A stretch of DNA of 63,957 nt, counting the filler, from Thraustochytrium aureum (taxonomy: Eukaryota): NCBI GenBank assembly GCA_012862495.1. It is 5 parts of 4 records of this genome, joined end to end, with 100 filler letters (N's around TTAATTAATTAA, not from the genome) between each part and the next. Parts side by side here need not be neighbours in the genome. Positions count along the whole stretch, not along the records: positions 44,550 to 62,829 come from BLSG01000084.1; 4 more parts are not named here. The stretch is one strand, 5' to 3'. The notes below the pieces were generated by a model. The model worked only from the letters and a program-made list of their open reading frames with translations. It had not been told where the DNA came from and did no database searches. The position numbers and the translations under genes were made by a program. Every line of letters begins with the position of its first letter. Position 1 is the first letter of the stretch. Below, piece by piece: positions 45,292-55,325 of this stretch.

Positions 45292-46548
45292 ATGGCTGCG
45301 CTTCGAGAAGTTGTCGTGTTTTGGGTCTGCGCGGTCCTTGCCGTAGAAGGCGTGCGGCTGCGAGGGTTTCAAGAAGATGGGGCCGAGGACCAGACCTCCC
45401 AACGTATTCTGAGCGGCTCCTCCCAGGGTTCGAGCGGCCTTGAGCAACACGACGAAAGCTCGGCCATGACTTTCGCACCCCACCCGTCGTTTACCTTTCC
45501 ACCGACCNNNNNNNNNNNNNNNNNNNNNNNNNNNNNNNNNNNNNNNNNNNNNNNNNNNNNNNNNNNNNNNNNNNNNNNNNNNNNNNNNNNNNNNNNNNNN
45601 NNNNNNNNNNNNNNNNNNNNNNNNNNNNNNNNNNNNNNNNNNNNNNNNNNNNNNNNNNNNNNNNNNNNNNNNNNNNNNNNNNNNNNNNNNNNNNNNNNNN
45701 NNNNNNNNNNNNNNNNNNNNNNNNNNNNNNNNNNNNNNNNNNNNNNNNNNNNNNNNNNNNNNNNNNNNNNNNNNNNNNNNNNNNNNNNNNNNNNNNNNNN
45801 NNNNNNNNNNNNNNNNNNNNNNNNNNNNNNNNNNNNNNNNNNNNNNNNNNNNNNNNNNNNNNNNNNNNNNNNNNNNNNNNNNNNNNNNNNNNNNNNNNNN
45901 NNNNNNNNNNNNNNNNNNNNNNNNNNNNNNNNNNNNNNNNNNNNNNNNNNNNNNNNNNNNNNNNNNNNNNNNNNNNNNNNNNNNNNNNNNNNNNNNNNNN
46001 NNNNNNNNNNNNNNNNNNNNNNNNNNNNNNNNNNNNNNNNNNNNNNNNNNNNNNNNNNNNNNNNNNNNNNNNNNNNNNNNNNNNNNNNNNNNNNNNNNNN
46101 NNNNNNNNNNNNNNNNNNNNNNNNNNNNNNNNNNNNNNNNNNNNNNNNNNNNNNNNNNNNNNNNNNNNNNNNNNNNNNNNNNNNNNNNNNNNNNNNNNNN
46201 NNNNNNNNNCCCCGGACTTTACGTTCCCGCCCATCCCAGACTTTACGATCCCGCCCATCACTGACTCTACGTTCCCGCCGATCCCGGATTTACGATCCCG
46301 CCCATCCCGGACTTTACGATCCCGCCGACCCCGGACTTTACGTTCCCGCCACCCCGGACTTTACGATCCCGCCCATCCCGGACTTTACGATCCCGCAGAC
46401 TCCAGAGTTTACGTTTCCACCGGGCTTTCCTTTCTCGCCAAACCCGGGCGCTTCTTTCCAGCAGGATTCAGACTCAAAGTTTCCGCCGACTACAGATCTC
46501 ACTTCCCCGCAACACTCTGAAGAGTCGTTCCCGCAGACTTCTGACTGA
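45292..46548 (+). CDS. Secreted protein with tandem 8-aa PDFT(I/F)PP(I/T) repeats; in-frame extension to 46662 past the TGA
   Basis: Signal-like MAALREVVVFWVCAVLAVEG; 24-nt repeats ccggactttacg(a/t)tcccgcccatc emerge from a ~700-N gap, and the pre-gap PSFTFPPT is a similar unit; one 1-nt slip at ~46290. Confidence 0.75.
   Translation: MAALREVVVFWVCAVLAVEGVRLRGFQEDGAEDQTSQRILSGSSQGSSGLEQHDESSAMTFAPHPSFTFPPTXXXXXXXXXXXXXXXXXXXXXXXXXXXXXXXXXXXXXXXXXXXXXXXXXXXXXXXXXXXXXXXXXXXXXXXXXXXXXXXXXXXXXXXXXXXXXXXXXXXXXXXXXXXXXXXXXXXXXXXXXXXXXXXXXXXXXXXXXXXXXXXXXXXXXXXXXXXXXXXXXXXXXXXXXXXXXXXXXXXXXXXXXXXXXXXXXXXXXXXXXXXXXXXXXXXXXXXXXXXXXXXXXXXXXXXXXXPRTLRSRPSQTLRSRPSLTLRSRRSRIYDPAHPGLYDPADPGLYVPATPDFTIPPIPDFTIPQTPEFTFPPGFPFSPNPGASFQQDSDSKFPPTTDLTSPQHSEESFPQTSD
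46210..46421 (+). repeat. 24-bp coding minisatellite, about 8-9 visible units
   Basis: Consensus ccggactttacgatcccgcccatc. Confidence 0.9.
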
Positions 46549-47097
46549 CGGTCAACTTCCCCGCCGATGCCGGGGTGGAGTGGACGCTGGTCTGCTGTCC
46601 CGACGACGAAGCCGGGATTTTCGTTCTTTTCAAGCTTTAGCGTCCCGCCGACCCCGGAGTGAGTTTCTGACGTGTGCTCGCCTTGGCTGAGCGGCATGGA
46701 CCTTGCACACGCAAAGTTAATTTTTTTGCTTCTCCTCTTGCTCCTCTGAGTGGTACCAACAGCTGGCTGGCGGTCCTTACGCTGCTCAGCGGGTTACATG
46801 ATTCGCCTGCCCGCTCTTACGGTCTGTGCCAGGGTGCGGCTGCAGCACGGCAAACTCCACAGGCTCCAACATTTTGCCAGACAAGAACTTCGGGTGATAG
46901 GAGCGCAGGATTTGGCATGACAACTCCATGTAGATCCAGACGTCTGCGTCTGGGATCCTGGCAGGATTCGATTGGCGCACCATTCTGTTGAAGCCCACCT
47001 TCTCGTCCGCAGACAATGAAACCATCAAGCCGGGCCGTCAAACGAAAAGTTGTTCAAAAAAGGCTAGAACACATCAATGAGCTCGCGCTTGCGCACA

Positions 47098-47568
47098 TCA
47101 AGGACCCTTGCTGCCCATCCCTTGCGAGGTGTATACATTTCGCCCCTGACGATGCATCAAGAGCGGGGAAGTCTCGCCAGCGAAGAAACTTGCGATGCAC
47201 AGCAGGAGGCAGATGATCGTAAAGCCAAGCACGAAGATACGCGGAGCGTACGTCGCATCCGTGGTGCGGTTGCTCACAATCTGCGATGTGTCGTCGACAT
47301 AGCTTGCCGTTGTAAAGAACAGCGCCGGCAGCAAGACGAGCAGGATTGCAACCAAACGCAGCGTGCGTCGCGGCGCTGGCTCATCGATAAAGCCGGCCGC
47401 GCCACAGAGGCCCAAGACGACAATCCCGAGGAAGATGACGAAGAAGAGAGCAGGCCCAAGGTTTCCCACTCGCGCGCTCTCCGACGTAAATGGCTCGAGC
47501 GCGCGCCGAAGCGCCCCGTCAGCCTCGGCGGCTCCGCGGAGTGCGAGGTCGAGGCCAGCGGGAGCCAT
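47098..47568 (-). CDS. TMEM218: Small 3-TM protein resembling the ciliary transition-zone protein TMEM218
   Basis: VGNLGPALFFVIFLGIVVLGLC, a second TM, then TTDATYAPRIFVLGFTIICLLLC. Size, topology and the G-x-G-x-F and D-x4-R patterns match my recollection of TMEM218; not database-verified. Confidence 0.55.
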   Translation of the reverse strand: MAPAGLDLALRGAAEADGALRRALEPFTSESARVGNLGPALFFVIFLGIVVLGLCGAAGFIDEPAPRRTLRLVAILLVLLPALFFTTASYVDDTSQIVSNRTTDATYAPRIFVLGFTIICLLLCIASFFAGETSPLLMHRQGRNVYTSQGMGSKGP

Positions 47569-48166
47569 CCCTGCCCGTACCCAGCCGCCAGATGATGGGC
47601 TGTGCGCGCCTTTGCACGCCTGCTTGCAGGTCGGTTCCGTCCGCACAATGAGCGGTACCGGCGCGCTCGTGCCCCACTTTCGCGCTGCTGGTCTGCTGCG
47701 TCTGCTGCTTCGAGTGCCATCCAGGAACGGTCATCATTGACACTCAAGAGTTGAAGGAGAGTGTCCAGCAGTCCAATCACCACTTCAGCGCGTGTACCTG
47801 CGCCATTGCGGCGAAGAAGGGCGTCAGGGCATGGGCGCACGGGCTGGACAGCGTAGCAGCCGGTCCAGACTGCATTGAATTGATCGGAGAGCGCGCAGAC
47901 TGCCGGCGCGGTGCCTGCGCCGTTGTCCACATATCAGAAACCGTCTGTCCTTGTGTCTCGCCATCAGCGCGATCCCTTCGGACGGACAGCTCTCGCTGAC
48001 CAAGTCCGATGTCTTTGTTCCGTGGCATGGGGCGACCAACTTTTGAAATGCAGACCTCGAATCACGCAAACGAGCAACACGCAAAGGCGCAGAAAACCAA
48101 GCAGTCAAACCGAGTCGAAAAGGTGGATCGCGACTGTCCTTCATAAGATAGCTCTGAGCGCAAACG

Positions 48167-48448
48167 ATGCGCGGGGCCCGAGCTACAGCCGTCATGTGGG
48201 CCTGCGTGGTTCTTGCGGTGGAGAGTGCGCTGCTACGCGGAACCCTCGAGCACGAGGCCGATCAACAAGTCACGAAACGTGACTATTTCTCGCAGACTCC
48301 ACAAATAATTTTCCCACCGTCGCCGAATTGGAGGGACTCGACTTCTCCGCCGACGCTCGATTGGGCGCGACAGATTACTTTCCCACCGTCGCCGAATTGG
48401 AGGGACTCGACTTCTCCGCCAGCTGCTGACTCTGCTCACCTGGAATAG
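48167..48448 (+). CDS. Short secreted paralog of the 45292 repeat protein, with two QIxFPPSPNWRDSTSPP units
   Basis: AVMWACVVLAVESALLRG aligns with VVFWVCAVLAVEGVRLRG; DNA repeat with a 69-bp period at ~48310 and ~48379. Confidence 0.7.
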   Translation: MRGARATAVMWACVVLAVESALLRGTLEHEADQQVTKRDYFSQTPQIIFPPSPNWRDSTSPPTLDWARQITFPPSPNWRDSTSPPAADSAHLE

Positions 48449-48898
48449 AGTTTGCGCCGTGACGACGAAGCAACGATCCCACCTCGTCGCCAAATCCGGG
48501 TTCACGCCTACACAGGCGCGTTCAGCCGCAGATCGACGAGCCCCAACGAAAGCGGCCGAATGCAATAGAACGAGCCACGCACCGTCGAGTCCCAACCTCA
48601 CCTCCAAGCTCCGAGCTAGCCCTAGCCCCAGCCTAACGCGCTAAAAGAAGGATGGATTGATTCACATCAGAGCAGAACACCTCGTCACGAGGCTGCTCGG
48701 TGCCAGTTGAACGGGCGCGCGTCGCGGTCGTCGTGCGCGGAGTCCGAGCCTGTCCAACAGGGGATCACGTCACGGGGCCTCCAACTTGACACCGCGGAAC
48801 GGAAGCGAGAGCAAGATATCGACGACCCCATCGATCCGTCTCCATCCCCCATCGATCAGTCGATCCGCCCGCGCGCGGGCGCTGAGGACTGCCTCGCG

Positions 48899-50563
48899 AT
48901 GAAGTATCGGCGCAGGGTACGTTGGCTGCGGAGCGGCTGGAGCGGGTTGCTGCCTTGTTTTTTGTTTGTGGTGCGCTCGCTGGGAATTCACCCACGACGA
49001 CGACAAAGGCGGGCCGGAGCGGCGGCCTCGAGGGCGCGCGGGTGGTGTGGCTGACGCCGTGGGCAGGTTGCAGTTGAGCAGGTTGTTTTCTGGGCGGTGT
49101 TTGTGGCGAGCGCCGTTGCGGCGCTGTTCTCTACGCTGGAGGGCAGGGCGACTGAACGCTGCACAGACGCCAGCGACGAGGGTGACCGCGTCAAGCATGA
49201 AGGACGAGGTCCGCCCGCCTCGCAGGACATGGCCCCAAATGTTGCGTGGGACGTCAAAAAGCAGTTTGATTTTGATATGGTCGAGCCGCGGACGGATCCG
49301 AACGATCTTGGCAGCGTGGAGCTCGACGCTGACAAACTGAACGAGCCGCTTGGCTCCCTTGCTTCGGCAGCTGGCGCCGAGCGTACTCTCAGACGCCCAT
49401 CGGCCGCACCAGCAGAGGGAAGTGGCGGGGTGAGCGAGCAGCTGCCTCCACTTGCATGCGACGCCGTGCCCCAGCGCGGCGAGCGTTCGAGCCGGAAGGG
49501 GCGGGAAATCTTCATGCACTGGCACCGCGCAGCACCCTGCACGCAGTCGCAGCACAATGAAACGCAAGGGGGCGGCCGCGAAAGGGCCTGGGATGTGGTG
49601 CTGACGACGCAGATTGGGGTAAACCGGCTGGAGCGGCTGGAGCGCCAAATGCGGCGATGGGGCGGCGCAGTCTCTGCGGCGGTACACGTCTGCTCCAAAG
49701 CCGACCTGTCCCGCGTCGCGACATGGCTTCGAGGGCTCCCAGCTGAGGCTGTGGAGCGCGCAGGCATCCACATCGTCGTGGGAATGCCCGACCCGTACCC
49801 GATCAACCTGCTGCGCAACGTGGCGCGCGAGGGTGTTGACTCGAGGTGCTGGCCCTGGGATCTTGTAGTCGACGTGGACGCGTGGCTTGGGCCTAACGCC
49901 GCCGAGCTCTCTCAAACTCTGCGCGACGCGGCTCAAGACTTGATCCAACCGCTTGCTCTCGAAGGCCGTGACGCGCGAAGTGCTGGCGCGGTCTTCTTTC
50001 TCGCGTCGTTCGAGCTGGTCGACGGCGCAGAGGCGGGCGAGGAGGCCTTTCCGCGGTCGCGCGAGCAGCTCGAGGAGATGTGGCGCGGTGGCAAAGTGCG
50101 AGCTATGCACGACGGTCGTCGCAGCTACAGCGGGCCGTTCCGGCACAGCGAGTGGCTCGCGGCTCGGAGCGCGTACCCGGTCCCGTATGAGGTCATGTTT
50201 GAGCCGTACTTTGTTGCGCGCGGTGGAGCGGCCCGCGTCGCATTCCCTGAGGAGTTTGAGGGCCGAGGGTTCAACAAGCAAGCGCACCATTTTGAGCTGT
50301 TTGCGGCGGGGTTTGCGCACATAGCTCTCAACGGCCCGGCATTCACGGTGGACATCCCCCACATTGCCTCGTCCTGGACTGCTTCGAGCGTCGGCCTTGA
50401 AGAAAACAAGCCCGTTTTCCGCGCTTTCCGCGCCAGAGTGGCCCAGCAGCACGGTCTCGAGTGCGAGGACGAAGACTGGGCGCGGTGCGACAAGCGCGGC
50501 GTCGGCTGCCATCGCGTTTGCCAAAGTCTGGGGCGACGCCACACCGACGCGCACCAAGGGGAG
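48899..50563 (+). CDS. Type II membrane GT49 (LARGE / B4GAT1-like) glycosyltransferase domain; intron 48917-49066; open into the N gap
   Basis: Spliced N-terminus MKYRRRVAVEQVVFWAVFVASAVAALF; motifs DVVLTTQ, WGGAVSAAV, PYPINLLRNVA, VVDVD, FEPYFV, FEGRGFNK. Confidence 0.88.
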
Positions 50564-50973
50564 NNNNNNNNNNNNNNNNNNNNNNNNNNNNNNNNNNNNN
50601 NNNNNNNNNNNNNNNNNNNNNNNNNNNNNNNNNNNNNNNNNNNNNNNNNNNNNNNNNNNNNNNNNNNNNNNNNNNNNNNNNNNNNNNNNNNNNNNNNNNN
50701 NNNNNNNNNNNNNNNNNNNNNNNNNNNNNNNNNNNNNNNNNNNNNNNNNNNNNNNNNNNNNNNNNNNNNNNNNNNNNNNNNNNNNNNNNNNNNNNNNNNN
50801 NNNNNNNNNNNNNNNNNNNNNNNNNNNNNNNNNNNNNNNNNNNNNNNNNNNNNNNNNNNNNNNNNNNNNNNNNNNNNNNNNNNNNNNNNNNNNNNNNNNN
50901 NNNNNNNNNNNNNNNNNNNNNNNNNNNNNNNNNNNNNNNNNNNNNNNNNNNNNNNNNNNNNNNNNNNNNNNNN

Positions 50974-51683
50974 GATTCTCCAGAAGAGCAGCTCCCGACC
51001 CTGAATTCATGCGCGATCGAATCGCAGCTGCACCGCATTCCTGGCCTCGCCGAGTGCTACCTGTACCTCAACGATGACTTTGCTCTCGCGCGCCCGCTTG
51101 CCCTGAGGAGCTTTTTAGGCGACCAAGCGGTGGCGAGGGGCCACCGGTCCCAGTCGCCTTTTTCACGGGCGAGCGTGCCCCGCGGGTAGGGCGCGATCCC
51201 TGGCAACAAAAAGTGGCCAATGTTGCAAAGTTAATGCACGTGGACCTTGATCTGCGCTGGGAGCACATGTTTGGCGTGGGCCACCATGGGACGCTGTTTG
51301 TAAAGGGCGTGGTCGCCGAGCTACAGGAGCGCATGCGTGCAGAGTTTGACCGTACTTCGCGGGAGCGGTGGCGGACGCCGCACAGCCTTTGGGTTCCTTT
51401 CGTCTACACCAATTACTACGCTTGGTTTTACGACGTCCCGGTTGCCAAAGCGTCGTCGTTTTACTTTTCGCTCACTGACCAAGGCGGCGCGGCGGCTGTC
51501 GCCCAAGCCTTCGAGCGCCTCGCGGTTTCGGGTTCCACCTGGTTTTGCGTCAACGACCTCATCGTCCAGATGACCGACGCGGTCCTCGACGCGCTTGTGG
51601 CGGGTTTTGAGGGCGAGCTCGGCCTGACCGCCGTGGAGCCGTACGAGGTTGACCACGCAGCACAGGAGCGCAGACCGCCGTGA
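50974..51683 (+). CDS. Stealth-family hexose-1-phosphate transferase region (end of CR2, CR3, CR4); probably the C-terminal half of the GT49 gene; indel at ~51102
   Basis: LPTLNSCAIESQLHRIPGLAECYLYLNDDF (CR2), HHGTLF...FDRTSRERWR (CR3-like), WFCVND (CR4). Confidence 0.88.
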
Positions 51684-52184
51684 GCCCGTGCATTTCGTTT
51701 GTAATTCAGCATTGATTTGCTTTGTAAAAGTACTTTACCTTACAATAAGCTGGCCGGGTTGCCAGAGCTCTCTGCGTTCGCGCTCGGGCCTGCCGCACGT
51801 TCGAGCTCGTTTGCTCGAGCTCCATTGCCACGAACTCTTTGATTGAACAGGCCTAATGATCCTGAGTACCGGGACCGTACTCGGGCTCGGTCGGAAATCG
51901 ACGAACAGAGACGGCTTGTGTCGCAAGAAGAAGTGTACTGTAGCACTCACTCCGAAACGCAAGTGCTAGCTGGAGCCGCTGGCTACTCGCCCAAGCGCAC
52001 TCCCGCTTGCTCGCTGGAGAGGACCGGGGCCCCGGCGAGCGCCGCGTTGGTGCTAGCTCGGCTGGGCTGGCGCGAGACGTAGAGGAGCGACTGCCGACAT
52101 TCGCCAAAGGCGTTCGCAGCGCCGAGTCCGTGCTGCGCCGGGGTCGCGCTGCGGGCCAGCGCTCCACGCCGACTGCGAGGCGCC

Positions 52185-52635
52185 ATGATGCTTTACGNGC
52201 TGGGCNNNNNNNNNNNNNNNNNNNNNNNNNNNNNNNNNNNNNNNNNNNNNNNNNNNNNNNNNNNNNNNNNNNNNNNNNNNNNNNNNNNNNNNNNNNNNNN
52301 NNNNNNNNNNNNNNNNNNNNNNNNNNNNNNNNNNNNNNNNNNNNNNNNNNNNNNNNNNNNNNNNNNNNNNNNNNNNNNNNNNNNNNNNNNNNNNNNNNNN
52401 NCTGGGCGCGTTTCTTTTCGTCGTCTTTGTGCTGACAGTTCTGTACGTGCTGTACAAGGCGGTTTTGTTCCGCAAGGAGCGCAGAAAAGAGCAGGCCGCA
52501 CAAAACGTGCGGCGGCAGCCGGAGGCACAGCCCAACGGCGAGGACGACGTGCCCCTTGCGATTCCGGTGGATTCGGGCAACGAGGTCTCTGGCTCTGAGC
52601 GCGGTCTGCCGCGCGCAGTGGCGTTGATTGGCTAG
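52185..52635 (+). CDS. Small membrane protein, partly in a gap
   Basis: Hydrophobic VVFVLTVLYVLYKAVLF followed by basic RKERRKE and a tail ending AVALIG*. Confidence 0.5.
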
Positions 52636-53021
52636 GTCCGCGACGCCCCGGCTCCAGCTGGCCACCGAAACGACCCAGTACGATAGATGACTCCCTGCCT
52701 GCCAACTACAGATACTTCTAATTCTAAAGAAATAATAAAAAGTTTCAATCAATCAGGAAGCCAAGCAGCCAGCGGATCCGGCCGACGCAGCTTCGAGCCC
52801 TTACGAGCGCACAAGGGACGCGTATGACGTTGAAAACGACGCGATCAACCTTGCGCGCTGCAGGTCCCGCACGTGAGGTGTCGCACGAGCTTTTACCACC
52901 TCACAACTCGCGCGGGCGTGAGCAATGTTCACAATAGTCGCGCAGACGTCATGATCGCAGCGGGCCCATCAGTGTTGGGCGCTGCGAACTCTTGGCATCT
53001 ACAACGTCAAAGCCCACGCCA

Positions 53022-53267
53022 TCATTCCATCTTGAGGTCGCATTTATCCAGACAGATCGCGCGAGCCAAAAAGTTGAGCGGGCCCGGCAGCACGAACGCG
53101 CTCTCCCTGTCGAACTTGTGGGTCTGCAGCCCGATCCCAATCTCAGCGTCTCGTGCCGCCGAGTTCGTCGGGCTCGCGGGCTCGAACGCGCTGGAGCTGC
53201 TGCTGGCGCTGCTCGTCCGCCTCTGCCTTGGGGCCCACCTGCTCTTCTTCAGCTCAAACTCGTCCAT
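53022..53267 (-). CDS. Possible 81-aa hypothetical protein
   Basis: ATG-initiated, protein-like frame (MDEFELKKSRW...LPGPLNFLARAICLDKCDLKME); no homology recognised. Confidence 0.3.
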   Translation of the reverse strand: MDEFELKKSRWAPRQRRTSSASSSSSAFEPASPTNSAARDAEIGIGLQTHKFDRESAFVLPGPLNFLARAICLDKCDLKME

Positions 53268-55132
53268 CTTGCGCCCTGGCAGCGTTTGACACTGCCGCCC
53301 GGCGCCCGCGCCAAGCCGCCGCTGCTACCAAAACGCCACGTCCCGACCGACCGAGCGACCAAGCGTCTAGCTCAGCCTCGACCGGCCCCAGCCTTGCCGT
53401 TGCCCTTCTCCGTCGCCACCCGCTTCAGCGCAGGCAGGCAACGAGGCAGGCAGGCCACTACCTCGGGAGCAGCAGCAGCAGCAAGGGTTTCGTCGTCGTC
53501 GTCGCCACGAACGAAAGTCAGGCTTGCTCTGCCGCGCCAAGCACGCACGCCCCAGATCCCAGAGCACCAGTCGCCAATTCAGCGAACGCTCGCGCTTGGT
53601 GCTCGAGTACTCGCGCAAAGCCGCCTGTTGCTGCCGCTGGCCGTCCTCGTACGTGGTTTCGCATCTGCTGCTGCTCTGGCATGTCGCATTCGCCTCGGCA
53701 AACACACTCCTGCCTCACTGTACTCCATGCCCTCAACCCGGCATCACCGCCGCTCGTAACATTGCCCCTGCGGCCACGGGGAGTTCACGTCGCGGATGGG
53801 CCCCGTGACGGCAGCGCGCTCGATTGACGGGACGCTCTCCAACAGCTGCCGATGAACCGGAACGGGAGAACACCCGGATGCGCCGCGGCAGCTCGCACGC
53901 GGCCTGGCAGCGGCCCCGGGAACGCAGGTTGCGCCGAGCGGCGCCGAGCGGCGCTGCCTGGGGCAGAGTCAGTCAGTCGGGAAAATCCGCGGGTTGCCCG
54001 TCGCGGAGGANNNNNNNNNNNNNNNNNNNNNNNNNNNNNNNNNNNNNNNNNNNNNNNNNNNNNNNNNNNNNNNNNNNNNNNNNNNNNNNNNNNNNNNNNN
54101 NNNNNNNNNNNNNNNNNNNNNNNNNNNNNNNNNNNNNNNNNNNNNNNNNNNNNNNNNNNNNNNNNNNNNNNNNNNNNNNNNNNNNNNNNNNNNNNNNNNN
54201 NNNNNNNNNNNNNNNNNNNNNNNNNNNNNNNNNNNNNNNNNNNNNNNNNNNNNNNNNNNNNNNNNNNNNNNNNNNNNNNNNNNNNNNNNNNNNNNNNNNN
54301 NNNNNNNNNNNNNNNNNNNNNNNNNNNNNNNNNNNNNNNNNNNNNNNNNNNNNNNNNNNNNNNNNNNNNNNNNNNNNNNNNNNNNNNNNNNNNNNNNNNN
54401 NNNNNNNNNNNNNNNNNNNNNNNNNNNNNNNNNNNNNNNNNNNNNNNNNNNNNNNNNNNNNNNNNNNNNNNNNNNNNNNNNNNNNNNNNNNNNNNNNNCA
54501 GCGGCCCCACGTGACGCGGCGCGGCGCGGCACAGCAGACCCCCAGGGTGACGCGAGCAGCGGCCTCGCACGCGGAGCCTGTGCGCGGAACGTAGCTCGTA
54601 ACGGAGAACAGGGCGAGCTTCTCCGAGAGGCGGTGCGGGAGCTTCTCGTCCATTCACCGGGCAGAGGGAGGCTCACCCCGGCAGTCTTTCTTTCTTCCCC
54701 GCCCCCGCACAGCTCAGGGCCCCGGCAGCGTGCGCTCTCGGGCAAGCCTGGCCGGGCGCTGCCGAGAGGAGTCCGCACGATATCGTCGAGCCTTCGCGCG
54801 AGTCCTTTCCGCGCTGTTAGGGCGATAATTCCGTTCGGATGAGAGAACGTCCGCGAGATTCAGGTATCCTTGAGGCGGCCGGTGTACGGCGATTCCGCTC
54901 CCGAGAGGCAGGCCTGGAGTACTCTTGGGTTCAGTTTTCAAACGATTCGCGGCGACTTTCGAGCAGGGTGGGAGGAATGAACGGCGAAGAAAGACACTGG
55001 AACTATGACGACACGACGCCACACCAGACCGGACCGCACATCGTCAAGTTGTTCCCGAGTCCTTCGCGGCGCTGCCGACCGCAGACACCGAACGAAGGGC
55101 AGAGCAGCCAACGCGCTCGCGAGGATTGAAAT

Positions 55133-55137
<5 letters not shown>

Positions 55138-55191
<54 letters not shown>
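55138..55191 (+). repeat. (CAG)18 microsatellite upstream of the AGC kinase
   Basis: Perfect cag run of 54 nt. Confidence 0.95.
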
Positions 55192-55195
<4 letters not shown>

Positions 55196-55325
55196 AGCAG
55201 GCGACCGAGCGGTCGACAGCGCACGTGAGGCTTGGACCCTCGCTGGCAAGAAGAACCGGTATAACCTGTGAACACCCCCGCCAACTGCAGAACAGACCGC
55301 GACGGAGCGGGGCGGCCACGTGGTG

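Noticed and set aside
45340..45400. Oomycete RxLR effector call for VRLRG...ED
   Set aside because: The motif is not R-x-L-R, is not conserved as such in the paralog (ALLRG), and no effector domain follows.
46210..46421. CRISPR-like array
   Set aside because: Contiguous 24-bp units with no unique spacers, in frame in a eukaryotic coding region, and no cas genes.
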